A stretch of DNA of 64,000 bases from NCBI GenBank assembly GCA_021741075.1, contig JAIOYO010000008.1:12283-76282 (forward strand), read 5' to 3'. A program made the translations under genes and the position numbers. The notes beneath the pieces are model-generated. The model was not told the DNA's origin and ran no database searches. It was given only the letters and a program-made list of their open reading frames with translations. Positions 19,766-28,585 of this stretch are shown one piece after another. How positions within the stretch are numbered: position 1 is the stretch's first letter; each line of letters opens with the position of its first letter. Source of the stretch: Flavobacteriales bacterium (GTDB lineage: Bacteria; Bacteroidota; Bacteroidia; UBA10329).

Positions 19766-19773
19766 TAATTTTG
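19766..19773 (+). promoter_or_regulatory. Bacteroidota sigma-70 -7 element
   Basis: TAATTTTG fits TAnnTTTG and lies 17 bp before GTG 19791. Confidence 0.6.
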
Positions 19774-19790
19774 CCGAAAGCATCAAACAA

Positions 19791-20549
19791 GTGGTAAAAG
19801 AGGAATCAGGACACAGATACATTGAGCAAGGCGAAGGTCCTGTGTTGTTGGTACTCCATGGCCTTTTTGGAGCTCTCAGTAATTTTCAGGATGTGCTGGA
19901 AGAATTCTCTAAGGATTACAAAGTGGTAATTCCAATCATGCCGATATACGAGCTGCCACTTTTGAAGACCAATGTGAAGGAATTGGCTGCATACGTACAC
20001 GAGTTTGTGGTATTCAAAAACTTCAGCAACCTGACCTTGCTTGGTAATTCGCTCGGTGGTCACGTTTCTCTAGTGTATTCTGTCGCTCATCCCGAAAAAG
20101 TGAAAGCTTTGGTTTTGACTGGAAGTTCTGGTTTGTACGAAAATGCATTTGGTGGTTCGTTTCCACGTAGGGAGGATCGAGAATACATTAAGAAGAAGGT
20201 GGAAGACACGTTCTATGACCCAGCCAATGCGACCGATACCCTTATAGAAGAAGTATTTGAGATTATCAATGATCGGAATAAGTTGATTCGCGTTCTGGCC
20301 ATTGCCAAGTCAGCCATACGCCATAATATGAAGGATGATCTTCCTAGTATTACAATTCCCACTTGTTTAATTTGGGGAAAGAATGACGGGGTTACTCCAC
20401 CAGAAGTCGCGGAAGAGTTTCACGAACTACTTCCCAATTCTCAATTGCATTGGATTGATAAATGTGGTCATGCACCTATGATGGAGCACCCAAAGCAGTT
20501 CAATGCGCTCCTATCACCTTGGCTGAAAAAACACGTTCTTATTGATTAA
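19791..20549 (+). CDS. Alpha/beta fold hydrolase
   Basis: LHGLFG, nucleophile GNSLGG, WGKND, CGHAPMME. Confidence 0.92.
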   Translation: MVKEESGHRYIEQGEGPVLLVLHGLFGALSNFQDVLEEFSKDYKVVIPIMPIYELPLLKTNVKELAAYVHEFVVFKNFSNLTLLGNSLGGHVSLVYSVAHPEKVKALVLTGSSGLYENAFGGSFPRREDREYIKKKVEDTFYDPANATDTLIEEVFEIINDRNKLIRVLAIAKSAIRHNMKDDLPSITIPTCLIWGKNDGVTPPEVAEEFHELLPNSQLHWIDKCGHAPMMEHPKQFNALLSPWLKKHVLID

Positions 20550-20553
20550 TCTG

Positions 20554-21168
20554 ATGGTGGTAAAAGATGTCGAGTTTGTGATGAGCAACTCGGACGTTCG
20601 CAAGTGTCCAAAGCCAGATCGACCTGAATTTGCTTTCATCGGACGGTCTAATGTCGGCAAGTCTTCCCTGATTAATATGTTGATGGGAAGAAAGAATTTG
20701 GCAAAAACCAGTTCTACTCCAGGAAAGACGCAATTGATAAATCATTACATGGTTAATGAATCATGGTATTTGGTGGATTTGCCAGGTTATGGTTATGCAA
20801 AGGTTCCACCTTCTCACAAGAAAAAGTTTGAGAAGATGATTAACGATTACATTCTCCAAAGAGAAAACTTGGTGACTGTATTCGTTCTAGTTGATATCAG
20901 GCATTCTCCACAGCAGATTGATTTGGAGTTTATGGAATGGTTGGGTATGTCTGAAATCCCATTCACTATGGTATTTACCAAGCTTGACAAGCTTAAACGT
21001 GGAGAAATAGAGCCAATGCTCAAGATGTACCGTACGAAAATGCTTGAAACATGGGATGAGTTACCACTTCAGGTGTTGACCTCAGCTGAAAAGAGTGATG
21101 GAAAGGAAGCGTTGCTTGAATACATTGGGACTCTCAATTCGGATTTCAAGTCGAAGTTTACTGCATAA
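20554..21168 (+). CDS. engB: Ribosome biogenesis GTPase YihA/YsxC
   Basis: GRSNVGKSS, PGKT, DLPGYGYA, TKLD. Confidence 0.97.
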   Translation: MVVKDVEFVMSNSDVRKCPKPDRPEFAFIGRSNVGKSSLINMLMGRKNLAKTSSTPGKTQLINHYMVNESWYLVDLPGYGYAKVPPSHKKKFEKMINDYILQRENLVTVFVLVDIRHSPQQIDLEFMEWLGMSEIPFTMVFTKLDKLKRGEIEPMLKMYRTKMLETWDELPLQVLTSAEKSDGKEALLEYIGTLNSDFKSKFTA

Positions 21169-21196
21169 AAAAAGCATCCAGATGGATGCTTTTTTT
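21167..21196. terminator. Bidirectional intrinsic terminator
   Basis: A-tract, AGCATCC-loop-GGATGCT, T-tract, between convergent genes. Confidence 0.85.
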
Positions 21197-21215
21197 ATGC
21201 TTTAGAATTATCAGA

Positions 21216-23126
21216 TTATCTGATTAACTGTAACCACCCTGTTTCCTTGTAGCTAAAATTGTCTAATTCGTTATTAATGGCGTTTCCAGAAAGCATTTCT
21301 GCTTTTGAAATCACATAGAAGTAGGTTCCAGCGGAAGCTGGCGTTCCTGCCGATGTCGTACCGTCCCATGAAATAAGTGGTGAAGAATTTTCAAAAACCA
21401 CGTTGCCCCAACGGTTATAAATCTCCAATTTGTATGGTCCTACAGCACTTGTTCTTACGTCAAACACATCATTCCATCCATCGTTGTTTGGTGTGAATAC
21501 ATTTGGTACGATTAATCCTTCCACTACGTTGACGTCAATCGTTAATGTATCAAGACATTCTAAGCCACTTCGGGTCACTAGTTGAATTGTGTACGTGCCA
21601 GTTTCGTAATAAGAATGATAGGGTTCTGTTAAGATACTTGTAGTGCCATCGCCAAAATCCCAATACCACTCACTTGTATTAATGCTAGCATCGACCATTC
21701 CAAGAATGTCGTGTACGAAGATTCCTCCAGGAAGTGTAGAGTCTGTAGAAATACTGAAATCAGCTACAGGGAGTGGCCAAACTTCAACGCTAAAGTTTTC
21801 TGTTAATGACACGCAACCCCCGTTACTTGGATTAAGGTTGTTTGGTACTGTCTCAATCACTTGGATGTTTCCGAAAACAGCTGCTAGGCTATCGTTGTCC
21901 CAAACTACTGTTACAGAATAGTCTGTTTGATCAGTAACAGTTCCTCCAGTAACCACGAAGTCGTAATCAGAACCATTTTCAGGAACAGTATAAACGGATT
22001 CGATGCTAGCGCAAAGTGCTGAATCACCAGTTACCACTGGTTCTAAAGGCACGTTAAATGACATGATGTAAGCATCGTCCTGATATGCTTGGAAATCATC
22101 CCATGCGTATCGAACAACTTGTTTCCAAAATGCACTTGTCACTGCCGAAGCCGTGTTGCCCATGTTTTCCCAAATATTGTTTGCTGTGCTCCAATTTGCC
22201 ATTCCGTTGTAGTTTTCGTCTCCTTCCCATGGATTTGAGTACAAAGCAACTTCTGCATTCGCATTAGCCCCGCCAGTTTGGTTGATACGGTGATACCACC
22301 AAGGATTTACAAAACAAATGTCGCTACCAACATTGTCAACAGGTAAGCTGTTAATTGTTGGAACGCGGTTTACGAATCGAACGTGATACCAGTCTGGCGC
22401 GTTTGTTTCTGGTTTAATCTGAACAGGTCTGTAACGTTCAAACTGATTGGGAGAAATGGCTAGGCTAGAACCAGTTGGGAATAGGTAAGGCACGCTTTGA
22501 GCGGTTGCTCGTGCCAGGTTTCCATCTTGCAAACTAGAAACATATCCACAGGTATCACAAGGGGTATGACGTTGAATGGCGCCAGTTGAAGTGTTGTATA
22601 CCCAAAGCGTATCAAAATCAGTCGCCCACTCAGCTTTGTTCAATTTCAAAGTTCCAGTAGCATCAATTTCTGAATTAACATTGTCCTGAATTCTTCGGAT
22701 ATCGCCAATCAAATCGACATCATGGAATCGTGTAACAGAAGTTCCTTGAATTGAATCGGTTGTCATGAAACGAACCTTGCCTTGACCTGCACGATATATC
22801 CCGTTGTTCTCCCAATCGCCATAAATCTCAAAAAGACCATTGTTTCCAGGTAACTGAAGCGGAAAAGAACCATCACCACCACAAGTGGCGTTGTTTATGA
22901 AGTCGCCATGTATGATGAATTTGCCAAGGTTTACCATCAAGCTGTCGTTGTTGGTAACCCCACCGTCAACCCAAACAATTGCAGAGTCGTTTAATCCGCC
23001 ATTAATGAAAAACATGGCGCCATTGTTCGAAATAAGTGGGTCAACTTGTCCTGCTGCAGGTCCAATCAGACCAATAGAAAAAGCCAAAAACAGAGAAAGT
23101 CCTTTGATAGGGGAAGGAATGTTCAT
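21216..23126 (-). CDS. T9SS cargo protein with PKD domain and type B (gliding-motility-associated) CTD
   Basis: Signal peptide; WYWDFGDG PKD motif; C-terminal VPNVFTPNNDGWND...IYNRWG...WDG...GTYFY...GWLQLIR. Confidence 0.9.
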   Translation of the reverse strand: MNIPSPIKGLSLFLAFSIGLIGPAAGQVDPLISNNGAMFFINGGLNDSAIVWVDGGVTNNDSLMVNLGKFIIHGDFINNATCGGDGSFPLQLPGNNGLFEIYGDWENNGIYRAGQGKVRFMTTDSIQGTSVTRFHDVDLIGDIRRIQDNVNSEIDATGTLKLNKAEWATDFDTLWVYNTSTGAIQRHTPCDTCGYVSSLQDGNLARATAQSVPYLFPTGSSLAISPNQFERYRPVQIKPETNAPDWYHVRFVNRVPTINSLPVDNVGSDICFVNPWWYHRINQTGGANANAEVALYSNPWEGDENYNGMANWSTANNIWENMGNTASAVTSAFWKQVVRYAWDDFQAYQDDAYIMSFNVPLEPVVTGDSALCASIESVYTVPENGSDYDFVVTGGTVTDQTDYSVTVVWDNDSLAAVFGNIQVIETVPNNLNPSNGGCVSLTENFSVEVWPLPVADFSISTDSTLPGGIFVHDILGMVDASINTSEWYWDFGDGTTSILTEPYHSYYETGTYTIQLVTRSGLECLDTLTIDVNVVEGLIVPNVFTPNNDGWNDVFDVRTSAVGPYKLEIYNRWGNVVFENSSPLISWDGTTSAGTPASAGTYFYVISKAEMLSGNAINNELDNFSYKETGWLQLIR

Positions 23127-23242
23127 TAGAGTGATAGAATTAAATCAATTCGATTTTCTATAAGTACACAAATATATAGGTGCAAGACCAATTGTTCAAA
23201 TAATTTTGAACGGAGTTCAATTCGTGAAATTAACGAATCAAA

Positions 23243-23569
23243 TCAAGAGAACATCTCTTTGGCAAAATGCTGTCCAAATTCGCGCATGTCGGCAGCCATT
23301 TTGTCTTCATTTGTGGCTCGTTGTAATGTATCTGCCATTGATATAATTGTTTGATGAAAGAATCGTTTCATTTCATCAACGCGCATTTCTTTTGTCCAAA
23401 GATCCATTCGCAAGGTTTCTTCACTTTCGGTGTCATAAACAGAAATCATGATGGCTTTGCTGTCAAGATTCTTGTCCATTCCTGCATCTGTGGCAAGCCA
23501 GTTAATCTTTTCTGGAATTTGGTTTTCGTCAAGCGTGACGTTGAATATTATTTGTGAAGTTTCGCTCAT
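23243..23569 (-). CDS. gldC: Gliding motility protein GldC
   Basis: VTLDENQIPEKINW, LRMDLWTKEM, FFHQT; lies downstream of gldB. Confidence 0.95.
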   Translation of the reverse strand: MSETSQIIFNVTLDENQIPEKINWLATDAGMDKNLDSKAIMISVYDTESEETLRMDLWTKEMRVDEMKRFFHQTIISMADTLQRATNEDKMAADMREFGQHFAKEMFS

Positions 23570-23570
23570 C

Positions 23571-24584
23571 TTAGAGTTTGGGTTTGTATTTCGATTGGGC
23601 AAGTATGTTCTGCGAATCTCGGTTTGTCATTAAATCAAGCAGTGTCAACTCTGGATTCTCATCCATGTATTTTCTTACGATTTGCCATCCGACCCATTGG
23701 CCTAGTCGTCCTGGCGAATCTTTTGGGATGCCTGCCACAAATGGAGCTTGATTAATCCATTTATTGATGTTCATGTATTCGGTTGCATAGAGCATTTGTT
23801 GGTCGATGAGATGCGCCCATATTCTTGGTTCATATTCTTTACACCACGACATTGCATCTGGTGTGTAGCCAATTTTGATGGAATCAGCACTTGTTCGAAG
23901 CGTTGCATCCAACACATAAAGCAGTTTTCCTTCAAATATCATGTAGTCGAGCAAGGTATTTCGCACTGCATCTGTTTCGTATGTTGATTGCAGCCAGCCT
24001 TTCATGGCTTGAGGTACAATTTGTTCGCGTTTCATATTAACGTACATGTATTTTGGCAGGCCAATCATTGGGTAAACCGGGTAGTCAGCACCAAGAAACA
24101 TGTCGAGGCCAATTCCGAGGGTTGTTGGAGTGGCAACTATGGCATAATTCAAAGCGGAAATGTTGAAAACGACATTCGGAATGAGACTGTCAGGGAAATG
24201 ATACTTGAAATAGCGGAATGCTTCGGTTAGTTCGGTTTCGATCTGGTTTACGTCCTCATATTCAAACTGAACATCTTCATGAAGCGTTTTCATGTTTTCA
24301 TCCGTAATGAATTGAGCAACAGCAAACTGAAAAGCTTCAGAGTCTGGATTACCTAAGCGGAGTACGCCTTCGCAATAATCCACGAAAAAATCTCCGTATA
24401 CCTGGTGTAACGAATCCGTATTCGTTTGACCTGAGCTAGGATTGAGAGCAAACAAATCTTGGTCTAAGCGTTTGAAATCCATTTCGATTTCAACGGAACT
24501 TACGTCTACATCTAACCGGTCTTTTTTACATCCAGTTATGGTAAAAATGAAAATGACAAGCACAGTTGTCAGGGTAATTCTCAT
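23571..24584 (-). CDS. gldB: Gliding motility lipoprotein GldB
   Basis: Lipobox ITGC, GLDMFLG, EGKLLY, SPGRLGQWVGWQIV, KYKP. Start reassigned to ATG 24584. Confidence 0.93.
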   Translation of the reverse strand: MRITLTTVLVIFIFTITGCKKDRLDVDVSSVEIEMDFKRLDQDLFALNPSSGQTNTDSLHQVYGDFFVDYCEGVLRLGNPDSEAFQFAVAQFITDENMKTLHEDVQFEYEDVNQIETELTEAFRYFKYHFPDSLIPNVVFNISALNYAIVATPTTLGIGLDMFLGADYPVYPMIGLPKYMYVNMKREQIVPQAMKGWLQSTYETDAVRNTLLDYMIFEGKLLYVLDATLRTSADSIKIGYTPDAMSWCKEYEPRIWAHLIDQQMLYATEYMNINKWINQAPFVAGIPKDSPGRLGQWVGWQIVRKYMDENPELTLLDLMTNRDSQNILAQSKYKPKL

Positions 24585-24599
24585 GCCCGAATAATGGTG

Positions 24600-24607
24600 T
24601 AATTTTG
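24600..24607 (+). promoter_or_regulatory. Bacteroidota -7 promoter element
   Basis: TAATTTTG upstream of ATG 24634. Confidence 0.55.
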
Positions 24608-24633
24608 CGAACGAATTTGAAGCGGACGAAATT

Positions 24634-25458
24634 ATGAAAAACCTACTTCTGACATTGATGGTTCTTGTGTTTGCTAGGGAGCTATTTGCACAAGATGTAC
24701 CTGTTGGGCCTAACACTCGAAAGAAATTTAAAATAGGGTTTAACCTATCTCCATCGGTAGATTTCTTTCAGCCAAATACCGATGGAGTGAAGCTTGACGC
24801 TGCCAAAATGAAGTTTGGTTATGGCATGATGGCAGAATACGCTTTTACTAATAACTATGCGGTTGGTTTTGGCCTCGAGCACAAAATGGGTGGCGCATCA
24901 TTGGATTTTGGCGGTGCCGATGTTAGGTACATAGCCAAAGATGATACGACTGAATTCAGATTATTGAGCCGAACGTATCGCTATGATTATGTGAATTTGC
25001 CCATTACGCTGAAGTTGATGACGAACCAGATTGGTTACTTCACTTATTTCGGTCAGTTTGGGGTTGATTTGTCCGTTTTAGTTTCTTCTAAAGCAAAAGA
25101 TGAAAGGCAATCGTTGCAGTCATTTAAGACCGATTCGTTAGGAATTGTTACAGAAGAGTTGTTTAATGGAACCGAAAAAGGGGACTTTCAAGGGCGATAC
25201 AATCAAAGCTCGTTTGCTAATATCAAGCTTCGAATTGGCGCTGGTTTTGAGTGGAATTTTTCAGGAAATACGTCACTCGTTGTTAGCGTTTCGTATCACA
25301 ACGGATTTATTGATTTGATGAAAGATGCTAAAGAGAAACAAGTTAATGACGAAGAAGGCTTGTTTAAGCACGATGTAACTGACTATGCGAAGAAGATTCC
25401 GTTTGAATTGAATGCGAATCTTCATCATGTTGCACTTAACGTTGGGATTCTTTTCTGA
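24634..25458 (+). CDS. Outer-membrane beta-barrel protein (PorT-like/porin family)
   Basis: Signal peptide, YVNLPITLKL motif, amphipathic strands, terminal Phe (VGILF). Confidence 0.8.
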   Translation: MKNLLLTLMVLVFARELFAQDVPVGPNTRKKFKIGFNLSPSVDFFQPNTDGVKLDAAKMKFGYGMMAEYAFTNNYAVGFGLEHKMGGASLDFGGADVRYIAKDDTTEFRLLSRTYRYDYVNLPITLKLMTNQIGYFTYFGQFGVDLSVLVSSKAKDERQSLQSFKTDSLGIVTEELFNGTEKGDFQGRYNQSSFANIKLRIGAGFEWNFSGNTSLVVSVSYHNGFIDLMKDAKEKQVNDEEGLFKHDVTDYAKKIPFELNANLHHVALNVGILF

Positions 25459-25474
25459 ATCCGGCACCTAAGGA

Positions 25475-25508
25475 TAACTTTGCCGAAGCCGCAAGCTTCG
25501 GCTTTTTT
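25475..25508 (+). terminator. Terminator hairpin overlapped by a nadE promoter element
   Basis: TAACTTTG (25475-25482) runs into GCCGAAGC-cgcaa-GCTTCGGC-TTTTTT. Confidence 0.6.
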
Positions 25509-25513
25509 ATATT

Positions 25514-27151
25514 ATGCAGATACGATTATCACAGCTTAATTATCATATCGGGAACTTCGACAAGAACGTTCAGAAGATAATTGGCGAGGTAAAATTGGCT
25601 AAAGTTGATGGAGTTAATCTGATTGTTTTTTCTGAGCTTTCTGTTTGCGGCTATCCGCCACGAGATTTTCTTGAGTTTGAAGATTTCATCTTACGGTGTG
25701 AACAGGCAATTAATGAAATTGCTGCGAAATGTGATGGGATTACTGCGATAGTTGGCGCACCCTTGCGCAACGAAGCGCCAAGCGGAAAACGCCTTTTTAA
25801 TGCCGCATTTGTCCTTGAAAATGGAAAAGCGAAGCAGGTGATTAAAAAGTCGCTGCTACCGAATTATGACATCTTTGACGAGTACCGCTACTTTGAGCCT
25901 AACCGCGATTTTGAGGTGGTTGATGTAAACGGTGTTCGGGTTGCACTCACAATCTGCGAGGATCTCTGGAATATCGAAGACTCATTGTACATCACAAGTC
26001 CGATGGACGAGTTGATGAAGCACAAGCCGCAATTGATGGTGAATATTGCGGCCTCTCCGTTCGACTTTTCGCATCGTGAAGACCGCATCCGCATTCTGGA
26101 GAAGAACTGCAAGAAGTATGATTTGCCTCTCCTGTATACCAATCATGTTGGGGCGCAAACAGAATTGATTTTTGATGGTGGTTCTATGGCTCTTAATTCC
26201 AAAGGAGAATTGCTTCACGAATTGGATTATTTTAAAGAAGACGCCTCAACTTTTCAATTTGATGGAGATTTAAAACTGGTTGGAGAAGAAAAGACTATTG
26301 ATAATCGACCAAAAATTGAGCGTATTCATGATGCAATCGTTCTAGGAATATCAGACTACTTCGGGAAGCTTGGTTTTAAGAAAGCCATTTTGGGATTGTC
26401 GGGAGGAATTGACTCTGCGGTGGTTCTGTATTTTGCGCAAGAAGCGTTGGGAGCTGAGAATGTCCGTACACTTTTGATGCCGTCTGAATTTTCGTCTAAT
26501 CATTCGGTGGATGATTCAATAAAGCTTTCTAAGAATCTTGGAACGGAGTACGAGATTATTTCGATAGAAAATCTCTTTAATAATTTTAGGCAGGACCTAA
26601 AGCCATTGTTTGGCGATTTGCCTTTCAATTTGGCAGAGGAGAATCTTCAGGCGAGAATACGCGGAGTGCTGTTGATGGCTGTTTCAAACAAGTTTGGAAA
26701 TATTCTGTTAAACACATCCAATAAAAGTGAATGCGCGGTTGGTTATTCTACAATATATGGTGACATGAATGGCGGTCTCTCTGTAATTGCCGATTTATAT
26801 AAGACGGAAGTTTATGAGCTGGCGCGATGGATTAATCGAAATGGCGAAGTCATTCCCGAGAATATCATTACTAAGGCGCCTAGCGCAGAACTAAGACCAG
26901 ATCAAAAAGATTCTGATTCGTTGCCCGATTACGATATCTTGGACAGGATATTGATAGAATACATCGAAAATCGGAAGGGACCATCTGAGATTACAGGGAT
27001 GGGATTGGATGAAACACTGGTCAATCGCATTTTGCGGTTGGTAAATTTGAACGAATACAAAAGATATCAGACGCCTCCTATACTACGAGTGAGTAAAAAG
27101 GCGTTCGGTATGGGCCGTAGGGTGCCAATTGTAGGTAAATATCTTTGCTAA
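25514..27151 (+). CDS. nadE: Glutamine-dependent NAD+ synthetase
   Basis: Nitrilase domain (FSEL, KSLLPNY, ICEDLW) plus GLSGGIDS, NLQARIR, PSAEL. Confidence 0.97.
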   Translation: MQIRLSQLNYHIGNFDKNVQKIIGEVKLAKVDGVNLIVFSELSVCGYPPRDFLEFEDFILRCEQAINEIAAKCDGITAIVGAPLRNEAPSGKRLFNAAFVLENGKAKQVIKKSLLPNYDIFDEYRYFEPNRDFEVVDVNGVRVALTICEDLWNIEDSLYITSPMDELMKHKPQLMVNIAASPFDFSHREDRIRILEKNCKKYDLPLLYTNHVGAQTELIFDGGSMALNSKGELLHELDYFKEDASTFQFDGDLKLVGEEKTIDNRPKIERIHDAIVLGISDYFGKLGFKKAILGLSGGIDSAVVLYFAQEALGAENVRTLLMPSEFSSNHSVDDSIKLSKNLGTEYEIISIENLFNNFRQDLKPLFGDLPFNLAEENLQARIRGVLLMAVSNKFGNILLNTSNKSECAVGYSTIYGDMNGGLSVIADLYKTEVYELARWINRNGEVIPENIITKAPSAELRPDQKDSDSLPDYDILDRILIEYIENRKGPSEITGMGLDETLVNRILRLVNLNEYKRYQTPPILRVSKKAFGMGRRVPIVGKYLC

Positions 27152-27155
27152 CGAA

Positions 27156-27566
27156 ATGAAGAACATGAAAAATTTGATTGCAGTATTATTGGTGGTAATG
27201 GTAAGTGCAGGTTGCGCCACCAAAGACGAACAGGCTCGGAACAACATTTCTAAAACATGGAGAATTTCGAAAGTTTTTCAGAATGGCAGCGATGTGACCA
27301 CTGCCTACATTCAGACGCATGTCGATTATCGGCTTCAGTTTACGGCTAGCGGATTATTTACAGAGCAATACAAACCAGGAACCGGAGAAACGCAACTTAA
27401 CATTAGCGGTACTTGGGTGTTCTCTGATGGGGTAAATAAAGTTACGCTAACAGATGCCAATCAAACCCGTGTTTTTGCTATTGATGCTTTAGACAAAGAG
27501 GTGCTGAATATCAAGGATCTTGGTTCAACCAATAACCGTGAGATTCAGTTTGTTCCTGCTAGTTGA
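27156..27566 (+). CDS. Lipocalin-like lipoprotein
   Basis: Lipobox SAGC followed by KDE (resembles the Bacteroidota lipoprotein export signal); KTW and GTW motifs. Confidence 0.7.
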   Translation: MKNMKNLIAVLLVVMVSAGCATKDEQARNNISKTWRISKVFQNGSDVTTAYIQTHVDYRLQFTASGLFTEQYKPGTGETQLNISGTWVFSDGVNKVTLTDANQTRVFAIDALDKEVLNIKDLGSTNNREIQFVPAS

Positions 27567-28584
27567 TAGTCCACGTGCTTTTGCCGCGAAGCAAAGCATT
27601 TAAATCACCTTCGCCAAACTTGCTTTTGGCGGTTTCTACTTGATTAACTAGCAAGTCTTCGTAGCACGCTCGCTCTTCTGTATAGAACACTCCAAACGGA
27701 CGCGGAAAGTTTCCTTCTAATGATGGGTCTTGGTAGAAACGCACGAGCAAATTAGCCTTGGTTCTATCGGTTTCGTCATGAATCCATAGCTCGTTTTCGC
27801 TTGCAGAATTCATGTTTACGATAACTGGCGTAAAGCCATCCAATTTGATTCCAAATTCTTTGGTTGCGCCAAAAACCAACGGCTTTCCGTGCTCAACAAA
27901 TAAGGTCTGATTTCCTTTGGTTTCTTTATCGGTCATGCCGAAAAAGGCGCCATCATTAAAGACATTGCAATTCTGGTAAATCTCCACCATGGAAGTGCCT
28001 TTATGCGCGTTGGCACGAGAAAGTACATCGCGCAAATGAATAGGGTCTCTGTCCATAGTTCTGGCATAGAACGTAGAATCAGCTCCTAAGCACAAAGCTG
28101 CTGGGTTGAAAGGATGATCTAACGAACCCATTGGGGTTGATTTTGTTGTTTTCCCTTCTTCTGAAGTAGGCGAGTATTGCCCTTTGGTAAGCCCGTAAAT
28201 CTGATTGTTGAAGAGAAGAATGTTGATGTTGAAGTTTCTTCTCAACATGTGAATCAAGTGGTTCCCACCGATGGAAAGGGCATCTCCATCACCTGTTATC
28301 ATCCACACGCTAAGGTCCGGATTGGTGGCTTTCAACCCACTTACAACAGCGGGTGCGCGACCGTGGATGCTGTGCATTCCGTAGGTATTCATGTAATAAG
28401 GGAACCGGCTACTGCAACCGATTCCTGAGATGAAAACCACGTTTTCGCGCTTTACGCCAAGCTCTGGAATTACTTTTTGTACCTGCTTAAGGATGGAGTA
28501 ATCGCCACAACCTGGGCACCATCTTACTTCTTGGTCTGTTTCAAAATCTTTGGCGGTCAATTCGCCATTTAATACTTCTGCCAT
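27559..28584 (-). CDS. korB: 2-oxoacid:ferredoxin oxidoreductase beta subunit
   Basis: WCPGCGD, SGIGCS, GDGD...NN TPP-binding motif, GLTKGQYSPT. Confidence 0.96.
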   Translation of the reverse strand: MAEVLNGELTAKDFETDQEVRWCPGCGDYSILKQVQKVIPELGVKRENVVFISGIGCSSRFPYYMNTYGMHSIHGRAPAVVSGLKATNPDLSVWMITGDGDALSIGGNHLIHMLRRNFNINILLFNNQIYGLTKGQYSPTSEEGKTTKSTPMGSLDHPFNPAALCLGADSTFYARTMDRDPIHLRDVLSRANAHKGTSMVEIYQNCNVFNDGAFFGMTDKETKGNQTLFVEHGKPLVFGATKEFGIKLDGFTPVIVNMNSASENELWIHDETDRTKANLLVRFYQDPSLEGNFPRPFGVFYTEERACYEDLLVNQVETAKSKFGEGDLNALLRGKSTWTIN

Positions 28585-28585
28585 T

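Noticed and set aside
24585-24716. Extended N-termini in the ORF track (gldB, also murG, mraZ, ssb, tatC, korA)
   Set aside because: The extensions overlap neighbouring genes or promoter elements; downstream starts fit signal peptides or family N-termini better.
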